Source of the DNA: Mycobacterium tuberculosis H37Rv
GTDB taxonomy: Bacteria > Actinomycetota > Actinomycetes > Mycobacteriales > Mycobacteriaceae
DNA length: 32,000 nt
Reading direction: 5' to 3'
Assembly: GCF_000195955.2 (NCBI RefSeq)
Contig: NC_000962.3
Span: 240,001 to 272,000 of the forward strand
Below, piece by piece: positions 26,301 through 32,000 of this stretch (positions are counted from its first letter, which is position 1; each line of letters starts with the position of its first letter). The notes beneath the pieces are model-generated. The model searched no databases. It saw nothing but the letters and a program-made list of their open reading frames with translations, and was not told the origin of the DNA. Made by a program: the position numbers and the translations under genes.

Positions 26301-27764
26301 CTACGCGACGGTGTAGCCCATCGGCAGCAGGACACTCTTTTGCTGGGTGAAGTGTTCGACACCCTCGGGCCCGTTCTCGCGGCCGATTCCGGAGTTCTTG
26401 TAGCCGCCGAAGGGTGAGCCGGGATCGAAGGCGTACCAGTTGATTCCGTATGTCCCGGTGCGGATCTGCTGCGAGATCTTGATGCCTTTGGGCACGTCGG
26501 TGGTCCACACGCTGCCCGCCAGCCCATACACTGAATCGTTGGCGATCGCGATCGCGTCCTCCTCGGTGTCATAAGGAATGATGGCCAGCACCGGCCCGAA
26601 GATCTCCTCCTGTGCGATGGTCATCTTGTTGTCGACATCGGCGAATACGGTGGGTTGGATAAAGAAGCCGTTGTCCAAGCCCTCGGGACGGCCGCCGCCG
26701 CACACCAACCGAGCGCCCTCCTCGATGCCCTTGGCGATGTAGCCTTCAACGCGAGTCCGCTGCTTCTCCGAGATCAGCGGCCCGATCTGAGCTGCCGGGT
26801 CCGACGGCGGGCCCACCGGGAGAGCCGTTACGAAATTAGTTACCGCAGCCACGATTTCGTCGTACCGGGAGCGCGGAGCCAGAATGCGGGTCTGGTTGAC
26901 GCAGCCCTGTCCGGCGTTCATGACGCCGGAGAACACCATCATCGGAATAGCTGCGGCCAGGTCGACGTCCTCGAGAATGATGGCCGCCGACTTGCCGCCG
27001 AGTTCTAAGGTGCACGGCTTGAGCATCTCAGCGGCACGCCTGCCGACCTCTCGGCCGACGGCCGAGCTGCCGGTGAAGGTAAACATGTCGATGTCCGGGT
27101 TAGACGTCAGCGCCTGACCGGTCTCAATCCCTCCCGGCACTACCGACAACACCCCCTCGGGCAGGCCCACCTCGGCGAACACCTCCGCCAAAGCGTTTGC
27201 GGTCAGCGGTGTTTCGGCGGCGGGCTTGAGCACGATGGTGCAGCCGGCCAGCAGCGCCGGCGCAATCTTGTTGACGGCCAGAAACAGCGGGACGTTCCAG
27301 GCCACGATCGCGCCCACCACACCGACCGGCTCACGGCTGACAATGCTCTGTCCATAGGAGCCGGTGCGGGTTTCGGTCCAGGTGACCTTGTCCGCTGCAC
27401 CGGCAAAGTAGTTCATCGCCCCCATCGAACCCATCCAGTGCATCGTCTCGATGATGGTCGGCGGCTGGCCGGTTTCGGCTGCGAGCAGCTTGGTGAACAG
27501 GTCCTTGCGCTCAGCCAGCATCTTGACCGCCGCAGCGATCACCGCCGCACGCTCGTGCGGCGGGGTCGAGGGCCAGGGGCCGTTGTCGAACGCCGCACGT
27601 GCTGCGGCGACCGCGGCGTCGACGTCGGCGGCGGCCGCCATCGGCACCTTGCCGACATATTCCCCAGTGGCTGGGCAGCGTACCTCGATAACATCGGAGG
27701 TCGACGGTTTGGTCCACTTGCCGCCGATGAAAAGCTTGTCGTATTCCGTGGCACTGTCAGACAT
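26301..27764 (-). CDS. NAD(P)-dependent aldehyde dehydrogenase (Rv0223c, 487 aa)
   Basis: ALDH catalytic motifs LELGGKSA and GQGCVNQTR. GAGGAGG Shine-Dalgarno upstream of the ATG. Confidence 0.93.
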   Translation of the reverse strand: MSDSATEYDKLFIGGKWTKPSTSDVIEVRCPATGEYVGKVPMAAAADVDAAVAAARAAFDNGPWPSTPPHERAAVIAAAVKMLAERKDLFTKLLAAETGQPPTIIETMHWMGSMGAMNYFAGAADKVTWTETRTGSYGQSIVSREPVGVVGAIVAWNVPLFLAVNKIAPALLAGCTIVLKPAAETPLTANALAEVFAEVGLPEGVLSVVPGGIETGQALTSNPDIDMFTFTGSSAVGREVGRRAAEMLKPCTLELGGKSAAIILEDVDLAAAIPMMVFSGVMNAGQGCVNQTRILAPRSRYDEIVAAVTNFVTALPVGPPSDPAAQIGPLISEKQRTRVEGYIAKGIEEGARLVCGGGRPEGLDNGFFIQPTVFADVDNKMTIAQEEIFGPVLAIIPYDTEEDAIAIANDSVYGLAGSVWTTDVPKGIKISQQIRTGTYGINWYAFDPGSPFGGYKNSGIGRENGPEGVEHFTQQKSVLLPMGYTVA

Positions 27765-27845
27765 ATGCGCCGCTCCTCCTCATCGCTGCGCTCGGCATCG
27801 TCGCCGGCGGTCATGGCGTCACCCTACCCAAGCCGAACGCGAAAC

Positions 27846-27859
27846 GAGAACGTGTTCCA
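27846..27859. promoter_or_regulatory. Candidate TetR/KstR-type operator (GAGAACGTGTTCCA)
   Basis: Matches TnnAACnnGTTnnA at 7 of 8 fixed positions. It lies in the 98-bp gap upstream of the aldehyde dehydrogenase gene. Confidence 0.3.
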
Positions 27860-27862
27860 TTA

Positions 27863-28627
27863 TTAGGGTGTGAGCACCAATACCAGATTGCTCACCAGGA
27901 ACTCACGCAGCACCGGGACGGATGTCAGCCACCACGCCCATCTGGGGTGGTAGCGGGGAAATACGGCTAACGCGGCTCCGGTGCCGGCAGCCCAGCGCAG
28001 ACCCTCGGCGGCGGACACGGCAAACAACGACGACCCATAGTTGTTCTTTGCCGGATGGCCGTGTTTGCGGACATATCGGGCGGCGGCGCGGGCGCCGCCG
28101 AGGTAGTGGCTGAGGCCCATCTCGTGCCCGCCGAATGGCCCCAGCCAAACCGTGTAGGACAGCACGACCAACCCGCCTGGCTTGGTCACCCGCAGCATCT
28201 CGGTGCCAAGCTGCCAGGGGCGCGGCACGTGTTCGGCGACATTGGAGGACAAGCAGATGTCTACCGAGTCGTCGGCGAACGGCAGTGCCATGCCTGACGC
28301 CCGGACGAACATGCCGGGCCGGCCGGTGAACGCAGGTCCGGCGGCATGCATTTCATCAGGGTCCGGCTCGACGCCGATGTAGCCGACACCGGCGTCGGAG
28401 AACGCCGTCGCGAAATACCCCGGCCCGCCGCCAACGTCGAGCAGCGTACGGCCAACTGGCGGCTCGCTATGTGTGGCCAGCCACAGATCGCCGATCATTG
28501 CTGCGGTGTCGGCCGCCAGTGTGCGATAGAACCGTGCCGGGTCGCGCTGCTCGTAGCGGAAGTCTGCCAGCAGTCGCAGCGAGCGCCGCAGTGTCGCCCG
28601 TCGCGCGAACACATCGGTGACCGCCAC
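27863..28627 (-). CDS. SAM-dependent methyltransferase (Rv0224c, 254 aa)
   Basis: Motif I LLDVGGGPGYF. I start at GTG 28627, supported by a TAGGGT hexamer 7 nt upstream. The maximal ORF (28771) would overlap the Rv0225 start. Confidence 0.85.
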   Translation of the reverse strand: MAVTDVFARRATLRRSLRLLADFRYEQRDPARFYRTLAADTAAMIGDLWLATHSEPPVGRTLLDVGGGPGYFATAFSDAGVGYIGVEPDPDEMHAAGPAFTGRPGMFVRASGMALPFADDSVDICLSSNVAEHVPRPWQLGTEMLRVTKPGGLVVLSYTVWLGPFGGHEMGLSHYLGGARAAARYVRKHGHPAKNNYGSSLFAVSAAEGLRWAAGTGAALAVFPRYHPRWAWWLTSVPVLREFLVSNLVLVLTP

Positions 28628-28634
28628 CTGGCAC

Positions 28635-28640
28635 ACCCTA
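28635..28640 (-). promoter_or_regulatory. Candidate -10 hexamer (TAGGGT) for a leaderless Rv0224c transcript
   Basis: The minus strand reads TAGGGT-gtgccag-GTG (7-nt spacer). Confidence 0.45.
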
Positions 28641-28648
28641 CGGCCCGC

Positions 28649-28654
28649 TAGGCT
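28649..28654 (+). promoter_or_regulatory. Candidate -10 hexamer (TAGGCT) for a leaderless or near-leaderless Rv0225 transcript
   Basis: The plus strand reads TAGGCT-atcgacca-ATG (8-nt spacer). Confidence 0.35.
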
Positions 28655-28662
28655 ATCGACCA

Positions 28663-29817
28663 ATGTCTGCTCTGCGCTCGGTGTTGCTGCTGTGCTGGCG
28701 CGACATCGGGCACCCCCAGGGGGGCGGGAGCGAAGCCTATCTGCAACGCATCGGGGCTCAGTTGGCCGCATCGGGCATTGCAGTCACGTTGCGCACCGCT
28801 CGCTATCCCGGTGCGCCACGGCATGAACTGGTCGACGGGGTGCGGATCAGTCGTGCCGGCGGGCGCTACTCGGTGTATCTATGGGCGTTGCTGGCGATGG
28901 CCGCAGCCCGATGTGGGCTTGGGCCGCTGCGCCGAGTGCGCCCGGATGTGGTCGTCGATACCCAAAACGGCTGGCCGTTTGTGGCCCGGCTGTTGTATGG
29001 CCGGCGGTCGCTGGTACTGGTACACCATTGCCACCGTGAGCAGTGGCCGGTGGCCGGGCGGATGATGGGTCGGCTCGGCTGGTATGTCGAGTCGATGTTG
29101 TCGCCACGGCTACACCGGCGCAACCAGTACGTGACGGTGTCGCTGCCGTCGGCGCGGGATCTGATCGCCCTCGGTGTGGACAGCGAGCGGATCGCTGTGG
29201 TGCGCAACGGCCTCGACGAGGCGCCGTCGCCAACGTTGTCCGGCCCACGTGCGCCCACGCCGCGTGTGGTGGTGCTCTCCCGGCTGGTGCCGCACAAGCA
29301 GATCGAGGACGCGTTGGCAGCGGTCGCGGAGCTACAGCCTCGGATACCGGGCCTGCACCTAGACATCGTCGGCGGTGGCTGGTGGCGGCAGCGCCTCGTT
29401 GACCATGTGCACCGGCTCGACATTGCTGACGCCGTTACCTTTCACGGGCATGTCGACGATGTGACCAAACACCATGTGCTGCAAAGCTCCTGGGTGCACT
29501 TGTTGCCCTCACGTAAAGAGGGATGGGGGCTCGCGGTCATCGAGGCGGCCCAGCACGGCGTGCCCACCATCGGGTACAGATCCTCCGGTGGTTTGGCGGA
29601 CTCGATCGTCGACGGGGTGACCGGCATATTGGTCGACGACCGGGCCGAATTGGTGGCTTGGCTCGAACAACTGCTGTCCGATTCGGTGCTGCGTGACCAA
29701 CTCGGCGCCAAGGCACAGGCGCGTAGCGGTGAGTTCTCCTGGCGGCAAAGCGCCGAAGCGCTGCGCAGCGTGTTGGAGGCAGTGCAGGCCAGCCGTTTTG
29801 TCAGCGGCGTGGTTTGA
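28663..29817 (+). CDS. GT4-family (GT-B fold) glycosyltransferase (Rv0225, 384 aa)
   Basis: EX7E-type motif EGWGLAVIEAAQHGVPTIGYRSSGGLADSIVDGVTGILV. Complete ORF. Confidence 0.9.
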   Translation: MSALRSVLLLCWRDIGHPQGGGSEAYLQRIGAQLAASGIAVTLRTARYPGAPRHELVDGVRISRAGGRYSVYLWALLAMAAARCGLGPLRRVRPDVVVDTQNGWPFVARLLYGRRSLVLVHHCHREQWPVAGRMMGRLGWYVESMLSPRLHRRNQYVTVSLPSARDLIALGVDSERIAVVRNGLDEAPSPTLSGPRAPTPRVVVLSRLVPHKQIEDALAAVAELQPRIPGLHLDIVGGGWWRQRLVDHVHRLDIADAVTFHGHVDDVTKHHVLQSSWVHLLPSRKEGWGLAVIEAAQHGVPTIGYRSSGGLADSIVDGVTGILVDDRAELVAWLEQLLSDSVLRDQLGAKAQARSGEFSWRQSAEALRSVLEAVQASRFVSGVV

Positions 29818-29833
29818 GCCGGCTTCGACAGAC

Positions 29834-31564
29834 TTAATCCTGGGCGCGGCTCGCCGGCGTGTCTTCGCAGTGGTGTAAGTGTCGGCGCACCCAATAGCCG
29901 GCCGCGCCAGCGCCGCCGACCAGCAGCATCGAAAGCCACGCCCAATGCGCGAGCATTGTCGCTTTGAGGCGGGCCGACGATGCACCGGAGGTTTGGCCGC
30001 CGACCCGATAAAGAGCCAATTCGTCGTCGCGGTGCGCCGCTGCTAGCCGGCCGAGGGTGCGTGCGGCCGCGCCCATGTCGCCGGCGCTGTCGGATTCGAC
30101 GACCAGCCACCCGACGCCGGCCGCGGCCAAGGTTGACGGATGGGGCCCGGTGAGCAGCAGCTCCTGGACCGCCCGGGCGTGCGCGTCTTCGCCGGGAACG
30201 GTCACCCCGGAAATGACCAGATCACCTGTGGTCAGCACATCGGCGCGAACCCAACGGGGGAGCGGATCGAGTACCGGTGCCGAACCGGACCACGAGAAGC
30301 GCCGCATGGTGCCCGCGGGCAAGACCGCAACCGTCCGGGGATCGGCATTGATCGCCGCTGCCACCGCCGCCCAACCGGACGGGTAGTGCACAGGCGCAAC
30401 CTTGCCCCACACCCCCCACGCCAAGTCAGGCAGCGTTAGGACCAGCGCCAGACAGCAGACCACCGCCGCCGTTGCCGGTCGCAGCCAGCGTCGCAGCGTT
30501 AGCACCGTGCCCGCACCGGAGAGTGTGTATCCGGGTACCGCCAGCGCGACCCACTTCTGTCCGTCGCGCAGCACGCCCAGGCCGGGTGCGGCATCGACCA
30601 CCACCCGTAGCGCGTGCAGACCTGGGCCGGTCGCAAGGACAGCCGGGACCATCACGGACACCGCCGCTAGTGTCAGCAGCGGCACTGCCACGGGCCGGCG
30701 CGCCACAGTCGGTAGTCCGATCGCCACCATGGCGAGTAGTACGACGGCGGATGCCACTGCGAAAAGCGTTGTCCGCGAGCTAGGTACGGCCTCGCCGTTC
30801 CAGATCCCACCGAGACTGGCCAAGCTGCCAAGCGTGCCCAGCCCCGGTTCGGCGCGTGGCGCGAACGCGGTAACCCCAAGCTGATTGGCTGCCGTGTGGC
30901 TGGTCAACGACGAGCCCAGCGCCGACGCCGTCAGCCAGGGCAGCGCACCCACCAGCGCGGAGCCCAACGCCGCGACCCCACATTGCCAGCGCGGGCGGCC
31001 CGCGCCGGGCATCGCCACGCACACCACCGCAACTGTCGCGGCGAGTAGCAGCCCGGACGGGGTCAGGCCGGCCAGCGCAACCCAGAACGCCAGCCCAAAA
31101 AGCCCGAACCAACCCGCGCCAACCGTTGTTCGCATCGTTAACATCGCGGTCGCAACCCAGGGCAGACACCCATAGCCGACCAGCAGGCTCCAATGGCCCT
31201 GCAAAAGTCGTTCGGCCACATAGGGATTCCAGATCGCCAGCGTGATCGCGACAAACTGGCCGGCTGCCCCCGCTGCGGGTAGTGCCGTTGCGACCAGTCG
31301 GGCCGCGCCCCAGCCCGCCAGCCAAAGCCCCAGCAGCAGCAGCGCTTTCACCACGACGCCGCCGTCGACGAGGTGTGACGCCAAAGCGACCGCGAAGTCC
31401 TGCGGAGTCGCCCGGGGCGCCGATGTCAGCCCTAGGGCGTTGGCCGACACATACGACCGTGGTGTGGACACTGCATCGCGCAGCAGTAGGTATCCGGGCC
31501 GCAGTAGCGGCGCGGCCAACAGCAGCACCAAGACCAGCGCGTACCCCGGTCGGAACCAGCGCAC
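29834..31564 (-). CDS. Rv0226c, large polytopic membrane protein of unknown function (576 aa)
   Basis: Complete ORF from GTG 31564, 9 nt after the Rv0227c stop. There are about 11 hydrophobic segments in the first ~400 aa, then a hydrophilic domain and a final TM segment. Confidence 0.85.
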   Translation of the reverse strand: MRWFRPGYALVLVLLLAAPLLRPGYLLLRDAVSTPRSYVSANALGLTSAPRATPQDFAVALASHLVDGGVVVKALLLLGLWLAGWGAARLVATALPAAGAAGQFVAITLAIWNPYVAERLLQGHWSLLVGYGCLPWVATAMLTMRTTVGAGWFGLFGLAFWVALAGLTPSGLLLAATVAVVCVAMPGAGRPRWQCGVAALGSALVGALPWLTASALGSSLTSHTAANQLGVTAFAPRAEPGLGTLGSLASLGGIWNGEAVPSSRTTLFAVASAVVLLAMVAIGLPTVARRPVAVPLLTLAAVSVMVPAVLATGPGLHALRVVVDAAPGLGVLRDGQKWVALAVPGYTLSGAGTVLTLRRWLRPATAAVVCCLALVLTLPDLAWGVWGKVAPVHYPSGWAAVAAAINADPRTVAVLPAGTMRRFSWSGSAPVLDPLPRWVRADVLTTGDLVISGVTVPGEDAHARAVQELLLTGPHPSTLAAAGVGWLVVESDSAGDMGAAARTLGRLAAAHRDDELALYRVGGQTSGASSARLKATMLAHWAWLSMLLVGGAGAAGYWVRRHLHHCEDTPASRAQD

Positions 31565-31573
31565 GTCGCCTGA

Positions 31574-32000
31574 TTAGCGCCGCTCGGGCGGGCCGGGGTC
31601 GGGATGCCCCGCGTCCGGCGGTGGGGGCGGCTGCGCCGAACCGAGTCGGGGCGGATCCGAGCCACTCGGCTCGCGCGGGAAGTCGGGGCGCTGCGTGGGC
31701 AGTTTCTCGGTCTCAGCCTCCGCTCCAGGCACCGGTTCTTCGAAGCCGCCGCGGCGGTAATCGTGGTCGTCCCGATCCCCGCTGGCAGCCATCAGCGCAC
31801 CTTCGGTCCGAAGGCTAAACGACGCGAACAGACCACCGCCGACCAGCGCGACCAAGCCGGCCGCGGTGAATGTAATCGGCAGCACCCGCGACCACAGCGC
31901 CAGCCGGTCGCGCTCGTCGCGAGCCGCGTTGACCTGGGATTCGACCGTCTCTTCGGTGGAGGTGACCTGGTAGTCGGCAAACGTGACCTCTGGTTTGAGT
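31574..32000 (-). CDS. Rv0227c, membrane protein; C-terminal part only, the gene continues past the right edge
   Basis: The frame stays open from the stop at 31574 to the window edge (…LKPEVTFADYQVTSTEETVESQVNAARDERDRLALWSRVLPITF…). The track entry starting at 31885 is only the first in-window start codon. It ends with a TM segment and a Pro-rich tail. Confidence 0.8.
   Translation of the reverse strand, partial: LKPEVTFADYQVTSTEETVESQVNAARDERDRLALWSRVLPITFTAAGLVALVGGGLFASFSLRTEGALMAASGDRDDHDYRRGGFEEPVPGAEAETEKLPTQRPDFPREPSGSDPPRLGSAQPPPPPDAGHPDPGPPERR

Noticed and set aside
1-32000. Search for mobile elements, CRISPR arrays, tRNA/rRNA genes, toxin-antitoxin or defence-island signatures, or a clearly novel multi-gene system
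   Set aside because: I could find no terminal inverted repeats, transposase or integrase ORFs, spacer-repeat arrays or cloverleaf-like segments by eye. Gene content is conserved core mycobacterial metabolism and envelope biogenesis. Claiming a new system beyond the hedged leads listed would not be supported.

Overview
High-GC (about 65%) actinobacterial chromosome. From the encoded proteins I recognise it (from memory, no search run) as the Mycobacterium tuberculosis complex segment Rv0202c (mmpL11) to Rv0227c. I call 26 protein-coding genes, two of them cut by the window edges. Left to right:
- mmpL11, the heme-binding protein Rv0203, two membrane proteins, and mmpL3
- an NYN-domain gene translationally coupled to trmB
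- a coupled pair of unknown function (Rv0209/Rv0210)
- pckA
- a coupled radical-SAM / NadR-like pair
- a lipid-metabolism run: fadD4, fadE3, the double-hotdog protein Rv0216, lipW, a membrane molybdoenzyme plus small partner, lipC, a WS/DGAT, echA1 and an aldehyde dehydrogenase
- a cell-envelope locus: methyltransferase, GT4 glycosyltransferase and two membrane proteins

I found no rRNA, tRNA, IS element, prophage, CRISPR array or obvious defence or toxin-antitoxin island. This is conserved core genome, and I do not see convincing evidence for a wholly undescribed multi-gene system.

The leads most worth a second look:
1. Rv0209/Rv0210 look like a tandem pair of dynamin-like GTPases whose P-loops both lack the catalytic lysine.
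2. A B12-type radical-SAM enzyme is coupled by a GTGA overlap to an HTH-less NadR-like enzyme, and the radical-SAM gene has lower GC than its neighbours.
3. fadE3 appears to carry a 3n+2 deletion that removes its catalytic C-terminus. The lost tail is still readable in another frame.
4. Rv0218 has a dual Sec/Tat-type architecture: four TM helices, an internal twin-arginine motif, then a sulfite-oxidase-family Mo domain.
5. Three divergent gene pairs have TANNNT hexamers 6-8 nt from their start codons, implying leaderless mRNAs. Two of them argue for revised start codons.
6. An 11-bp x3 tandem repeat abuts the Rv0203 ribosome-binding site.

Many long ORFs in the track are antisense or out-of-frame shadows typical of high-GC DNA and were rejected.
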